Under the pieces are notes generated by a model, which saw nothing but the letters and a program-made list of their open reading frames with translations, was not told the DNA's origin and did not search any database. This document shows positions 46,562 through 64,000 of a stretch of DNA of 64,000 nucleotides, in pieces. The stretch lies in NCBI GenBank assembly GCA_012729055.1, contig JAAYDW010000042.1, positions 42,973-106,972 of the forward strand. Reading direction: 5' to 3'. The DNA comes from Deltaproteobacteria bacterium (GTDB lineage Bacteria > Desulfobacterota > Syntrophia > Syntrophales > Smithellaceae). A program made the translations under genes and the position numbers. Numbering within the stretch: position 1 is the first letter of the stretch; each line of letters opens with the position of its first letter.

Positions 46562-46756
46562 TTATCCTGCGGCCTCCTTTTCCTTCAGAACCGTTGCGAT
46601 GCGGGCGATTTCCTTGCGCAGGCGGCCCAAGCTGGCGGTCGACTCGAGTTGACCGGATGCATGCCGAATCTTCAACCGAAAAAGTTCTTCGGCCAATTCT
46701 CTGTTTTTTGTTTGAAGCTCGTTGATACCGAGACCTCTGATTTCGCTAATTTTCAT
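46562..46756 (-). CDS. rpmC: 50S ribosomal protein L29
   Basis: [38 protein letters not shown], with an 11-nt overlap with rplP. Confidence 0.96.
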   Translation of the reverse strand: MKISEIRGLGINELQTKNRELAEELFRLKIRHASGQLESTASLGRLRKEIARIATVLKEKEAAG

Positions 46757-47168
46757 CAGATATCTCCCTTGACAAAAACTTTGTAGCTATGGACAATTTG
46801 TGCGAAGCAAGACGGAATGCTTCTTTGGCCACTTCCTTGGTCACGCCTTCCATCTCGTAGAGAACGGATCCGGGCTTCACCACCGCTACCCATCCTTCCG
46901 GCGCGCCCTTGCCTTTTCCCATTCGGGTTTCGGCGGGTTTCTTCGTGATGGATTTATGGGGGAACACGCGAATCCAGATCTTGCCGCCGCGTTTGACATA
47001 CCGGGTCATGGCCACACGAGCCGCCTCGATCTGCCGCGCGGTCACCCAGCCGCACTCCGCCGCCTGCAAGCCATAATCCCCGAAGGCAATCGTGCCGCCT
47101 CTGGTGGCCTTTCCGCCCATGCGGCCTTTCTGTAACTTTCTGTATTTCACCCGTTTTGGCATTAACAT
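46746..47168 (-). CDS. rplP: 50S ribosomal protein L16
   Basis: [24 protein letters not shown]... Confidence 0.97.
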   Translation of the reverse strand: MLMPKRVKYRKLQKGRMGGKATRGGTIAFGDYGLQAAECGWVTARQIEAARVAMTRYVKRGGKIWIRVFPHKSITKKPAETRMGKGKGAPEGWVAVVKPGSVLYEMEGVTKEVAKEAFRLASHKLSIATKFLSREISDEN

Positions 47169-47232
47169 AATTCAAAACTCCCGTTTATCTTCAGCAAGGA
47201 CTCTCCCGGTCGGGGACAATCGCCTGATGCTA

Positions 47233-47880
47233 TCATGGCTGTTTCTCGTTCTTCTGGGGCAGAACCTCTCCGTGGAAAATCAAAACCTTGACACCGATCA
47301 GGCCGTAAGCCGTATGCGCTTCAATGAAGCCGTAGTCAATATCGGCCCGCAGCGTATGCAGAGGAACACGTCCCTCGCGGTACCATTCCGAGCGGGACAT
47401 TTCAGCTCCGCCCAACCGCCCCGAACAGGTGATCTTGATGCCCTTCGCACCGAACTTGAGGGCGTAACCGACGCATTTTTTCATGGCCCGGCGGAACGCG
47501 ACGCGCCGTTCCAGCTGCATGGCGACATTCTCGGCCACCAGCTGCGCGTCCGTCTCCGGCTTACGGACTTCCAGGATATTGATGATGATTTCCGCCGGGG
47601 AAAATTTCTCGATCTCCGCCTTGAGCTTCTCTATTTCCGATCCCTTTTTCCCGATGATGACGCCGGGACGGGCCGCGTAAATATTCACCTTGGCTTTGTT
47701 GGCCGCGCGCTCGATTTCGATATGAGATATTCCGGCGTGATACAGTTTCTTCTTCAGGTACTTGCGGATTTTCAAGTCTTCCAGAAGCATCCCACTGTAA
47801 TTCTTTTCGGCAAACCATACCGACTGCCACTTTTTAATGTAGCCCAACCGCAATCCTACCGGGTTAACCTTCTGACCCAA
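47233..47880 (-). CDS. rpsC: 30S ribosomal protein S3
   Basis: [24 protein letters not shown]...[31 protein letters not shown]. Confidence 0.98.
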   Translation of the reverse strand: MGQKVNPVGLRLGYIKKWQSVWFAEKNYSGMLLEDLKIRKYLKKKLYHAGISHIEIERAANKAKVNIYAARPGVIIGKKGSEIEKLKAEIEKFSPAEIIINILEVRKPETDAQLVAENVAMQLERRVAFRRAMKKCVGYALKFGAKGIKITCSGRLGGAEMSRSEWYREGRVPLHTLRADIDYGFIEAHTAYGLIGVKVLIFHGEVLPQKNEKQP

Positions 47881-47892
47881 TATCGTTCCTCC

Positions 47893-48225
47893 TTACCTTT
47901 CATCCACGACAACGGTGATATGTGACGTCCTCTTCTTGATCCCCGCCGCTCTTCCCTGGGCCCGGGCCCGCCATCTTTTCAGGGACGGTCCCTGATCCAC
48001 GAATATCTCCTTCACATAAAGCGTGTTTTCGTCGATATTGGGATTCTGAGAGGCGTTGGCCACGGCGGATTTCAGGACCTTGGCGATGATGCCCGCCGCG
48101 TACTTTCTCGTGTACAGCAGAATATTGCGCGCTTCCTGGACCTTTTTGCCCCGGATCAGATCAACGACCAGCCGGACCTTCTGCGGCGACATCCGAATAT
48201 ATTTTGCAACTGCCTTTGCTTCCAT
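47893..48225 (-). CDS. rplV: 50S ribosomal protein L22
   Basis: [27 protein letters not shown]... Confidence 0.97.
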   Translation of the reverse strand: MEAKAVAKYIRMSPQKVRLVVDLIRGKKVQEARNILLYTRKYAAGIIAKVLKSAVANASQNPNIDENTLYVKEIFVDQGPSLKRWRARAQGRAAGIKKRTSHITVVVDER

Positions 48226-48264
48226 ATCTTCTCAACTCCAAACCTGTGCGTCTGCGCGTGAATA

Positions 48265-48546
48265 TTATTTGCGAACTTTCGTTTTCCGGTCGCCGGAATG
48301 GGAATAAAAAGTCCTCGTCGGCGCGAATTCGCCCAATTTGTGGCCCACCATGTTTTCCGTCACATAAACCGGTATGAATTTCTTTCCGTTGTGCACGGCA
48401 AACGTATAGCCGATCAACTCGGGAGTGATGGTTGAACGCCGCGACCAAGTCTTAATCACATTCTTGCTGCTTTCGGCCTCCATTTTCCGAACTTTGGCCA
48501 GCACACTTTCTTCAATATAAGGACCTTTTTTGATCGAACGTGCCAC
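48265..48546 (-). CDS. rpsS: 30S ribosomal protein S19
   Basis: [13 protein letters not shown]...[48 protein letters not shown]. Confidence 0.98.
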   Translation of the reverse strand: MARSIKKGPYIEESVLAKVRKMEAESSKNVIKTWSRRSTITPELIGYTFAVHNGKKFIPVYVTENMVGHKLGEFAPTRTFYSHSGDRKTKVRK

Positions 48547-48549
48547 GTT

Positions 48550-49374
48550 TTATTTACCTCTTCTCTTCACGATATATTTATCGGTTCTCTTGTTCTTCCG
48601 GGTCTTGTGTCCTTTCGTCGGAACGCCCCAGGGCGTGCACGGATGACGGCCGCCGGAGGACTTGCCTTCGCCGCCGCCCATCGGATGATCGACCGGGTTC
48701 ATGACGACGCCGCGGACATGCGGACGCTTGCCGAGCCAGCGGGTGCGCCCCGCCTTGCCGATGCTTACGTTTTCGTGTTCATTATTGCCGACCTGGCCGA
48801 TGGTGGCCATGCATTCGATAAACACCTTGCGGACCTCGCCGGACGGCAGCCGCACCTGGGCATAACTGCCTTCCTTGGCCATCAGCTGGCCGTAGGCGCC
48901 CGCCGAGCGGATGAGTTGTCCGCCGCGCCCTACCTTCAGCTCCACGTTGTGGATGAGGGAGCCCAGCGGAATGTGTTTCAGGGGAATGGCGTTGCCCGGT
49001 TTGATGTCCGCCTTGGCGCCGCTGACCAAAACATCGCCGACGCTCACCTGGGCGGGCGCGACAATGTACCGTTTTTCGCCGTCCCGGTAGTTCAAAAGCG
49101 CAATTCGGGCGGACCGGTTCGGATCGTATTGAATGGCCGCTACTTTCGCCGGAATGTCCGCCTTCTCGCGGCAGAAATCGATCACCCGATATTTCCGCTT
49201 GTGACCGCCGCCGATGTAACGCGCGGTGATCCTGCCGTAACTGTTTCGACCGCCCGATTTTCTGACGGGTTTCAAAAGGCTCTTGACCGGCTCGGTGGAG
49301 GTGATCTCCGCAAAATCGGAGACGCTCTGGAAACGCCGGCCGGGTGATGTTGGTTTATACTTGATAATTGCCAT
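48550..49374 (-). CDS. rplB: 50S ribosomal protein L2
   Basis: [14 protein letters not shown]...GGGHKRKYR...[18 protein letters not shown]. Confidence 0.98.
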   Translation of the reverse strand: MAIIKYKPTSPGRRFQSVSDFAEITSTEPVKSLLKPVRKSGGRNSYGRITARYIGGGHKRKYRVIDFCREKADIPAKVAAIQYDPNRSARIALLNYRDGEKRYIVAPAQVSVGDVLVSGAKADIKPGNAIPLKHIPLGSLIHNVELKVGRGGQLIRSAGAYGQLMAKEGSYAQVRLPSGEVRKVFIECMATIGQVGNNEHENVSIGKAGRTRWLGKRPHVRGVVMNPVDHPMGGGEGKSSGGRHPCTPWGVPTKGHKTRKNKRTDKYIVKRRGK

Positions 49375-49396
49375 GATCGTAATCCTTCAACTCGTT

Positions 49397-49684
49397 CTAT
49401 ACGCCTTCGGCGACCTCAATGCGGCTTCCTTCGGCTAACGTGACAATGGCCTTCTTCCAGGAACTTTTCTGTCCCATGACCCGGCCCACTCTTTTCTTCT
49501 TTCCCAGCACTCCGATGACGCGGACATCCGTCACCTTGACTTTGAACAGTTTTTCGACCGCCTGTCCGATCTCGACCTTGTTGGCCCGGCGATCAACTTC
49601 AAAGTGGTATTTGTTCGCCGCTTCGCGGTCGATGTTGCTTTTTTCCGTGAGCAGAATTTTTTTGATAACCTGATGCAGTTCCAT
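49397..49684 (-). CDS. rplW: 50S ribosomal protein L23
   Basis: LLTEKSNIDREAANKYHFEVDRRANKVEIGQAVEKLFKVKV, with a 1-nt overlap with the rplD stop. Confidence 0.96.
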   Translation of the reverse strand: MELHQVIKKILLTEKSNIDREAANKYHFEVDRRANKVEIGQAVEKLFKVKVTDVRVIGVLGKKKRVGRVMGQKSSWKKAIVTLAEGSRIEVAEGV

Positions 49685-50307
49685 TATGTCAGCAATGCCC
49701 CCTCAATCTTTTTTACAGAGGGTTCGAGAAGGACCAGGTGCTCGTGATTGAGCACATCATACACATTGATGCCTTCCGACCGAATCATTTTCACGTTTTT
49801 CATATTTCGCGATGACTTCATCAAAACGGCGTCATCCTGATCGATAACGAACAGGGCTTTTTTCATGCCGAAGAGAGCGACGACTTTCTGAAAAGCCTTC
49901 GTGCTGATTTTTTCCATGGGGAAATCACGCAAAATGGTCATTTTCTGTTCTTTGACCTTCAGGCTGAGCGCCGAAATCAATGCGTTTTTACGGACTTTTT
50001 TGGGAATTCTGTAGGAATAGTCGCGTGGCTGGGGGCCAAAAACAATTCCGCCGCCCCGCCAAATCGGAGACCGAGAAGTTCCCGCACGGGCGCGACCGGT
50101 CCCTTTTTGACGCCAGGGTTTCTTCCCGCCGCCGCTGACCTCTCCTCTCGCCTTGGTTGCAGACGTTCCCGACCGGCGCGACGCCAGTTGCATCTTGACC
50201 ACTTCATAGATCGTTGCTTCGTTGATTTCGGCGCCGAATACGGCGTCGTTCAATTCCACCTCGGCGACCTTCTTCTTCTCAATATCAAAAACATCTGCGA
50301 CTGCCAT
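49684..50307 (-). CDS. rplD: 50S ribosomal protein L4
   Basis: SGGGKKPWRQKGTGRARAGTSRSPIWRGGGIVFGP. Confidence 0.97.
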   Translation of the reverse strand: MAVADVFDIEKKKVAEVELNDAVFGAEINEATIYEVVKMQLASRRSGTSATKARGEVSGGGKKPWRQKGTGRARAGTSRSPIWRGGGIVFGPQPRDYSYRIPKKVRKNALISALSLKVKEQKMTILRDFPMEKISTKAFQKVVALFGMKKALFVIDQDDAVLMKSSRNMKNVKMIRSEGINVYDVLNHEHLVLLEPSVKKIEGALLT

Positions 50308-50325
50308 GTTTATAACTCCACTGAT

Positions 50326-50964
50326 TTACGCACTTTTTTTCCTGGCTTGCCGAATGATCACATAGCCGTTTTTCGAGCCGGGAATGGAACCTTTCAACAA
50401 TAACAAATTGCGGTCGGAGCGCACCTGCCAGATCTCGAGGTTTTGAACGGTTTTCCGGACGTTTCCCATCTGTCCGCCCATTTTGGTTCCCTTGAAGACA
50501 CGGGACGGATCCGCGCTGGCGCCGATGGAGCCCGGAGCGCGATGGAACATCGATCCGTGCGTCGCCCGGCCGCCGCCGAAACCATGCCTTTTTACGACAC
50601 CCTGGAAGCCCTTGCCTTTGGATGTTCCAACCACATCTACGTAGCCGCCCGCCTGAAAGATGTCGGCGGTGATTTCCTGGCCGATTTCATACGCGCCGGC
50701 CTCGGCGGAAAATTCCCTCAGGACCCGGAAGAACCCCTTGTCGGCCTTGTTCAGATGCCCCTGGAGCGGCTTGGTAACGTTCTTCTGCTTGACGCGGCCG
50801 TACCCGACCTGAACGGCATCGTAGCCGTCCTTCTCCTTGGTTTTCACCTGAACGACAACCGAAGGCTCCACCTCGACGGCCGTCACACCGATCGCGGCGC
50901 CGTCCTCGGCAAACACCTGCGTCATCCCCAATTTTTTTCCTAGAATTCCCTTGTTCATCATCAT
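50326..50964 (-). CDS. rplC: 50S ribosomal protein L3
   Basis: [14 protein letters not shown]...[20 protein letters not shown]. The start is one of three consecutive ATGs (50958-50964). Confidence 0.97.
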   Translation of the reverse strand: MMMNKGILGKKLGMTQVFAEDGAAIGVTAVEVEPSVVVQVKTKEKDGYDAVQVGYGRVKQKNVTKPLQGHLNKADKGFFRVLREFSAEAGAYEIGQEITADIFQAGGYVDVVGTSKGKGFQGVVKRHGFGGGRATHGSMFHRAPGSIGASADPSRVFKGTKMGGQMGNVRKTVQNLEIWQVRSDRNLLLLKGSIPGSKNGYVIIRQARKKSA

Positions 50965-51053
50965 CCAACTTTTATAGAAATAAAGCCACGCTATTCAACA
51001 TTCCGGAAAGCGCAACGCCTGCGGTTCGCTTTCCACCGCCTCGGCTTCAAGGC

Positions 51054-51362
51054 TTACGCTTTGATCTCGACATCCACGCCCGCCGACAGATCCAGTTTCA
51101 TCAAGGCGTCCACGGTGGCCTGCGTCGGCTCGACAATATCGATCAATCTTTTGTGTGTGCGAATTTCGAATTGCTCCCGGGATTTCTTATCCACGTGCGG
51201 CGAACGATTGACACAGTATTTATTGATTTCCGTCGGAAGAGGGATAGGACCGGCGACACGCGCGCCGGTCCGTTTTGCCGTCTCCACGATTTCCTCGACA
51301 GAGCGATCCAGAAGCTTATAATCGTAAGCTTTGAGACGAATTCTTATCTTTTGTTCTTTCAT
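51054..51362 (-). CDS. rpsJ: 30S ribosomal protein S10
   Basis: [41 protein letters not shown]... Confidence 0.98.
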   Translation of the reverse strand: MKEQKIRIRLKAYDYKLLDRSVEEIVETAKRTGARVAGPIPLPTEINKYCVNRSPHVDKKSREQFEIRTHKRLIDIVEPTQATVDALMKLDLSAGVDVEIKA

Positions 51363-51386
51363 CGATCGGATAACCTATTCCCGTTT

Positions 51387-52580
51387 CTATGCAATGACCT
51401 TGCTTACGACACCGGCGCCGACGGTTCTGCCGCCTTCACGAATCGCGAAGCGAAGCTGCTCTTCCATCGCGATGGGCATGATGAGCTCAACCGTCATCTT
51501 CACGTTATCCCCCGGCATAACCATTTCCACGCCTTCGGGCAGCGTCGCGACGCCCGTCACGTCGGTGGTCCGGAAATAAAACTGCGGACGGTAACCGGAG
51601 AAGAACGGCGTATGACGGCCGCCTTCTTCCTTCGTCAAAACGTACACGGCCGCTTCAAACTTGGTGTGCGGCGTGATGGAAGCGGGCTTGGCCACGACCT
51701 GACCCCGTTCCACTTCCTCGCGCTTGATGCCGCGGAGCAGTAAACCGACGTCATCGCCGGCGCGCCCTTCATCGAGCGTCTTGCGGAACATTTCCACGCC
51801 CGTAACGACGGTTTTGATGGTGGGGCGAATGCCGATGATTTCGACTTCTTCACCGACCTTGACGATTCCGCGGTCCACCCTACCGGTAACGACGGTGCCG
51901 CGCCCGGAGATGGTGAAGACGTCGCCGACCGGCATCAGGAAGGGCTTATCGGTATCGCGTTTCGGCTCGGGAATGTAGTTGTCCACCGCCTCCATCAGTT
52001 CGGCGATGCACTTCACATCCGGAGAATTGGTGTCTTCGGCTTCCAGCGCTTTTAACGCCGACCCGCGGATGATGGGAATATCATCGCCCGGAAATTCATA
52101 CTGGGTCAGGAGTTCTCTCAATTCGAGCTCGACAAGGTCCAACAGCTCGGGATCATCAACCAGATCAACTTTGTTGAGGAAAACAACGATATAGGGAACC
52201 TGCACCTGACGGGCAAGGAGGATGTGCTCGCGCGTCTGCGGCATCGGACCGTCGGAGGCGGCCACAACCAGAATCGTTCCATCCATGTGAGCGGCGCCGG
52301 AAATCATGTTTTTGATATAGTCGGCATGGCCGGGGCAATCCACGTGGGCGTAATGTCTTTTTTCCGTTTCATACTCCACATGGGAAATATTGATCGTGAC
52401 GCCGCGTTCTTTTTCTTCGGGAGCATTATCAATGGAATCGAAAGCGCGGAATTCAGCAAAGCCCTTTTTGGCCAGATATTTGGTAATGGCGGCCGTCAAT
52501 GTCGTCTTGCCGTGATCCACGTGACCGATGGTTCCTATATTTAAATGCGGCTTGGTCCTTTCAAATTTTTTCTTTGCCAT
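51387..52580 (-). CDS. tuf: Elongation factor Tu
   Basis: [41 protein letters not shown] and NKVD, 397 aa in all. It is located directly after rpsG. Confidence 0.98.
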   Translation of the reverse strand: MAKKKFERTKPHLNIGTIGHVDHGKTTLTAAITKYLAKKGFAEFRAFDSIDNAPEEKERGVTINISHVEYETEKRHYAHVDCPGHADYIKNMISGAAHMDGTILVVAASDGPMPQTREHILLARQVQVPYIVVFLNKVDLVDDPELLDLVELELRELLTQYEFPGDDIPIIRGSALKALEAEDTNSPDVKCIAELMEAVDNYIPEPKRDTDKPFLMPVGDVFTISGRGTVVTGRVDRGIVKVGEEVEIIGIRPTIKTVVTGVEMFRKTLDEGRAGDDVGLLLRGIKREEVERGQVVAKPASITPHTKFEAAVYVLTKEEGGRHTPFFSGYRPQFYFRTTDVTGVATLPEGVEMVMPGDNVKMTVELIMPIAMEEQLRFAIREGGRTVGAGVVSKVIA

Positions 52581-52636
52581 CTCACCTTTCCTCCTTAACT
52601 TTGAATGGTTGTTTTCCTTGTCGTTTAGTGTTCGGT

Positions 52637-53107
52637 TTAAAACTTATAATGCGCAAAAGCCTTGTTGGCCTCCGCCATTTTATGCACAGATTCTCTCTTC
52701 TTAATGGCGCCGCCGCGATTGTTGGCCGCATCGATCAGTTCCGATGCAAGCTTTTCCCGCATGGTTTTCTCGGTGCGCTCCTGCGCGTTGGAAATGAGCC
52801 AGCGAATGGCCAGCGCGGTGCGTCTGGCCGGAACAACCTCTGTCGGCACCTGATAGGTGGAACCGCCCACGCGCCTTGACTTCACTTCAATCAGCGGCTT
52901 GACATTATTGACGGCTTTCTCAAAAAATTCCACCGGCTGCTCCTTCACCCGCTTTTCGATAATGTCAAAAGCGCCGTACAGGATGCTTTCAGCCACGCTC
53001 TTTTTGCCCCTCTTGAGCAGAGAGTTCACAAATTTGGCAACCAGTTTGTTGTTGTACTTGGGATCCGGCAAGATATCCCTTTTTTCAACTTCGCGTCTTC
53101 TAGGCAT
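52637..53107 (-). CDS. rpsG: 30S ribosomal protein S7
   Basis: [28 protein letters not shown]... Confidence 0.98.
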   Translation of the reverse strand: MPRRREVEKRDILPDPKYNNKLVAKFVNSLLKRGKKSVAESILYGAFDIIEKRVKEQPVEFFEKAVNNVKPLIEVKSRRVGGSTYQVPTEVVPARRTALAIRWLISNAQERTEKTMREKLASELIDAANNRGGAIKKRESVHKMAEANKAFAHYKF

Positions 53108-53122
53108 GGTTCTGTCCTTCGT

Positions 53123-53494
53123 TTAACTTGGCTTTTTCGCGCCGTATTTTGATCGACTCTGCTTGCGGTCGGCAACTCCGACGGCATCCAGCGTCCCCCG
53201 GACGATATGGTACCGGACGCCGGGCAAATCCTTCACTCGGCCGCCGCGGACCAGCACCACCGAGTGCTCTTGCAGGTTGTGGCCGATGCCGGGGATGTAC
53301 GACGATACTTCGTACCCGCTGGTCAACCGGACCCTCGCCACCTTGCGCAGAGCCGAGTTCGGCTTCTTGGGCGTTGTCGTATAAACTCTCACACACACAC
53401 CGCGGCGTTGCGGTGAACCGGCCAAGGCCGGCGCGTTTGTTTTTCTCTTGATTTTGGCCCTACCTTTTCGAACCAATTGACTAATTGTCGGCAT
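53123..53494 (-). CDS. rpsL: 30S ribosomal protein S12
   Basis: [24 protein letters not shown]...[16 protein letters not shown]. The ATG at 53494 has a GGGAGGAGAG RBS. Confidence 0.98.
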   Translation of the reverse strand: MPTISQLVRKGRAKIKRKTNAPALAGSPQRRGVCVRVYTTTPKKPNSALRKVARVRLTSGYEVSSYIPGIGHNLQEHSVVLVRGGRVKDLPGVRYHIVRGTLDAVGVADRKQSRSKYGAKKPS

Positions 53495-53547
53495 CTCTCC
53501 TCCCGAACGTTGTCCCGCCGTTTTTGCCGGCAGCAGCAAATCTGCGG

Positions 53548-53576
53548 TAATTATCAATTCAAGTTGTTTCTGTCAA
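53548..53576 (-). promoter_or_regulatory. Candidate sigma70 promoter of the str operon
   Basis: Minus strand reads TTGACA-N17-TAATTA with TG one base upstream of the -10 (TGATAATTA), about 55 nt upstream of the rpsL ATG. Confidence 0.4.
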
Positions 53577-53598
53577 GCTCTTTTCTGCTTTTTTTCGT

Positions 53599-57717
<4,119 letters not shown>

Positions 57718-57766
57718 AGATTTTTTCTCCTAACTGTTTAAACAAAGCTTTCGGGAAAGGAAACGT

Positions 57767-61882
<4,116 letters not shown>

Positions 61883-61921
61883 AGCATCCTTAAAATAGTA
61901 ATGGTTGAAGTGGAGGTGCTC

Positions 61922-62308
61922 CTATTTAATCTCGACGGTCCCGCCCACTTCTTCAATCTTCTTCTTGATGTCGGCTGCCTCATCCTTGGACACGCCTTCC
62001 TTGATGGGTTTGGGCACGCCCTCCACCAGATCCTTGGCTTCTTTCAGGCCCAGTCCCGTGATCGCGCGGACCACTTTGATCACCTGGATCTTCTCCGCGC
62101 CGAATCCGGTCAGAACGGCGTTGAATTCCGTCTTCTCCTCGGCGGCGGCGGCGGGAGCGGCGCCCGGAGCGGCCACGGCGGCCATCATCGGAGCGGCGGC
62201 GGACACGCCAAATTTCTCTTCCAGTTCCTTCACCAGCGCGGACAGCTCCAGCACGGTCATATTTTCAATAAATTTTACGACATCTTCTTTCGTGATTTGA
62301 TCAGCCAT
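61922..62308 (-). CDS. rplL: 50S ribosomal protein L7/L12
   Basis: [20 protein letters not shown]...Ala-rich hinge...[20 protein letters not shown]. Confidence 0.98.
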   Translation of the reverse strand: MADQITKEDVVKFIENMTVLELSALVKELEEKFGVSAAAPMMAAVAAPGAAPAAAAEEKTEFNAVLTGFGAEKIQVIKVVRAITGLGLKEAKDLVEGVPKPIKEGVSKDEAADIKKKIEEVGGTVEIK

Positions 62309-62337
62309 TTTTCTATTCCTCTTCGTATGAATTTTTA

Positions 62338-62862
62338 TTAGTTTAAATTGTTTTTCTTCTCGCTGTAGGCATTAAGCACCTGCACAAAGCTTCTGGGAAC
62401 GGCGCTCAGCACGGTGACCAATGACGTCGGCACCGCCGCCATGACGGAAACGAGTTTTCCCAGAAGAACTTCTCTGCTGGGCAGCTCGGCCAGAGCGGTA
62501 ATGTCCGCTTTCGTCAACAGCTTGCCGTCGAGCACTCCGACTTTGATTTCCAGTTCAGGATTTTTCTTGGCAAACTCTGCAAGCGCCTTGCTGGGCGCCA
62601 CCGGGTCCTTGTAGCTCAAGACCACCGCCACGGACCACTTAAAATGATCCGCCAAAATGGCGAAGTCGGTGCCTTGCGAAGCGATGCCCAGCAGCGTATT
62701 CTTGACCACTTTCAGTTCCGCGTCGCTTTTCCGCAGCGCTTTCCTGAGGTTTTCCATCTTTTCAACGTTCATGGCGTTGAAGGTGGTCAGAACGCCCAGA
62801 TTGGCCTTTTTGAGTTTCTCCTGAAGCTCGGATACGATTTGTTCTTTTGCTCTCCGATCCAA
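62338..62862 (-). CDS. rplJ: 50S ribosomal protein L10
   Basis: The TTG start at 62862 has AAGGAGG 8 nt upstream, giving (M)[39 protein letters not shown]. The ORF-track extension upstream has no RBS. Confidence 0.93.
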   Translation of the reverse strand: MDRRAKEQIVSELQEKLKKANLGVLTTFNAMNVEKMENLRKALRKSDAELKVVKNTLLGIASQGTDFAILADHFKWSVAVVLSYKDPVAPSKALAEFAKKNPELEIKVGVLDGKLLTKADITALAELPSREVLLGKLVSVMAAVPTSLVTVLSAVPRSFVQVLNAYSEKKNNLN

Positions 62863-63127
62863 TCTTTCAGCCTCCTTTCGAAATTGTTTTTCCTGAGGCC
62901 GGAGAATGAAGCCACATACGGAAGAGAAAACGGCTGTCCGGCCCAACGCCGAGTCCCGTTTTCAGAAAAATGATTACCCCGAAAAAAAATCAGTAATTAT
63001 TTTTTTGTTTCACGAGTCTCGGCAGGCCTCGCTCCGTTTAAACTTCCGTACCTGCTGTCTTCGACCTTTACTGCTTTAAACCACCCCCGGACCGTCCCGC
63101 GGGACCTAGCCGGAGATGCTTCTCTAT
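62863..63127 (-). promoter_or_regulatory. rplJ 5' leader region (candidate L10 autoregulatory leader and internal promoter)
   Basis: The 265-nt non-coding gap between rplA and rplJ is where L10 leaders occur. On the minus strand it has the GC-rich segment AAGACAGCAGG...CCTGCCGAGAC. It also has an attenuator-like stem GAAAACGG...CCGTTTTC followed by TCTTCC. I cannot fit a covariance model by eye. Confidence 0.35.
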
Positions 63128-63829
63128 TTATCCCGCGCTCTTGATATCCAGCGGGTCGATCTTCACTCCGGCGCCCATCGTGCTGGAGATGGAGATGCTT
63201 TTAATGTAGGTTCCCTTGCTGGAGGCCGGTTTCAGTTTGATGATGGTTTCCAGCAGGGCGTTGATATTCTCGCTCAGTTTTTCCGCGCCGAAAGACACTT
63301 TCCCCACCGGAGAGTGCACAATACCGGCTTTTTCCACGCGAAATTCCACCTTGCCGGCCTTCAGCTCTTTTACGGCGTTGGCAATGTCAAAAGTAACCGT
63401 TCCCACCTTGGGATTGGGCATCAACCCGCGCGGCCCCAGAATTTTGGCGATCTTACCGACGGCTCCCATCATGTCCGGCGTGGCGATGACACGGTCAAAC
63501 TCCAGCCATCCGCCCTTGATCTTCTCAATGATTTCTTCATTGCCGACCAGATCCGCGCCGGCCTCGAGCGCTTCCTTTTCCTTGTCGCCCTTGGCAAAAA
63601 CCAGCACACGCACCTTCTTGCCCAGGCCGTTGGGAAGAACCACACTGCCCCGAACCATTTGATCGGCATGAGCCGGGTTGACGCCCAGCCGGACGGCGGC
63701 ATCCACCGTCTCGTCGAATTTGACGCCGGCAGAAGATACAATCATTTCCATAGCCTCTTTCAGCGTGTAACGCTTCGTCGGCTCAACTTTCGCTTTCGCT
63801 GCTAAAATGCGCTTGCCTCGTCTTAACAT
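63128..63829 (-). CDS. rplA: 50S ribosomal protein L1
   Basis: [53 protein letters not shown]... Confidence 0.98.
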   Translation of the reverse strand: MLRRGKRILAAKAKVEPTKRYTLKEAMEMIVSSAGVKFDETVDAAVRLGVNPAHADQMVRGSVVLPNGLGKKVRVLVFAKGDKEKEALEAGADLVGNEEIIEKIKGGWLEFDRVIATPDMMGAVGKIAKILGPRGLMPNPKVGTVTFDIANAVKELKAGKVEFRVEKAGIVHSPVGKVSFGAEKLSENINALLETIIKLKPASSKGTYIKSISISSTMGAGVKIDPLDIKSAG

Positions 63830-63846
63830 GATAAACCTCGTTTTTA

Positions 63847-64000
63847 TTAACCTGCGATTTCTATTCCCATGGACCGCGCCGTGCCGGCGATGATCTGAAT
63901 CGCGCCTTCGATGTCGACGGCGTTCAGATCGTTGAATTTCAGCTGTGCAATTTCCTGGACCTGCTTGGCCGTCACCGTCCCCACTTTTTCTCGTTTGGGA
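63847..64000 (-). CDS. rplK: 50S ribosomal protein L11 (C-terminal part; 5' end beyond the window)
   Basis: My own translation of the minus strand ends ...SMGIEIAG plus TAA at 63847-63849. The upstream part reads [44 protein letters not shown], which is typical of L11. Confidence 0.9.
   Translation of the reverse strand, partial: PKREKVGTVTAKQVQEIAQLKFNDLNAVDIEGAIQIIAGTARSMGIEIAG

Overview
This is a GC-rich (roughly 55-60% by eye) Gram-negative bacterial chromosome segment that is almost entirely conserved core genome. The gene content (LptD, DUF169, glutaconate-type CoA-transferase, Liv-type ABC system) loosely suggests an anaerobic Desulfobacterota/deltaproteobacterium-like organism, but that is inference only.

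Gene content, left to right:
- An envelope cluster on the minus strand: LolB-like lipoprotein, TPR protein, YibQ-like deacetylase, CtpA protease.
- cysS, argC, rplM-rpsI, lptD, folC and an MBL-fold phosphodiesterase-like gene.
- A small poorly characterised patch at 13.1-16.2 kb: two unknown proteins, a membrane PP2C phosphatase and a 57-aa ORF.
- A TetR-flanked uptake/activation/oxidation island at 16.4-26.4 kb: acyl-CoA dehydrogenase, Liv-type ABC transporter and a two-subunit CoA-transferase.
- A complete Pho regulon block at 26.4-36.6 kb: DUF169, phoR, phoU, pstBACS, phoB, an EF-Tu-domain-2-like mini-protein, a sensor-only MCP-like protein and pit.
- From 36.7 kb to the window end, the full alpha/spc/S10/str/rpoBC/L10/L11 ribosomal superoperon on the minus strand. 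This includes a GTG-start rpmJ that is missing from the ORF track.

I saw no rRNA, tRNA, CRISPR array, transposase, integrase or recognisable defence genes.

No clear-cut novel multi-gene system is evident. The most interesting signals are all in or near the phosphate block:
- Near-identical Pho boxes lie in front of both pstS and a sensor-only four-helix-bundle protein/pit pair.
- An EF-Tu domain-2-like mini-protein sits directly upstream of phoB.
- An AT-rich 400-nt spacer has sRNA/leader-like features.

Secondary oddities:
- fusA is absent from the str operon.
- L24 carries a CxxC...CxxC motif.
- There is a 627-nt non-coding spacer next to the tetR gene.

All family assignments rest on motif recognition by eye. 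No database search was possible.
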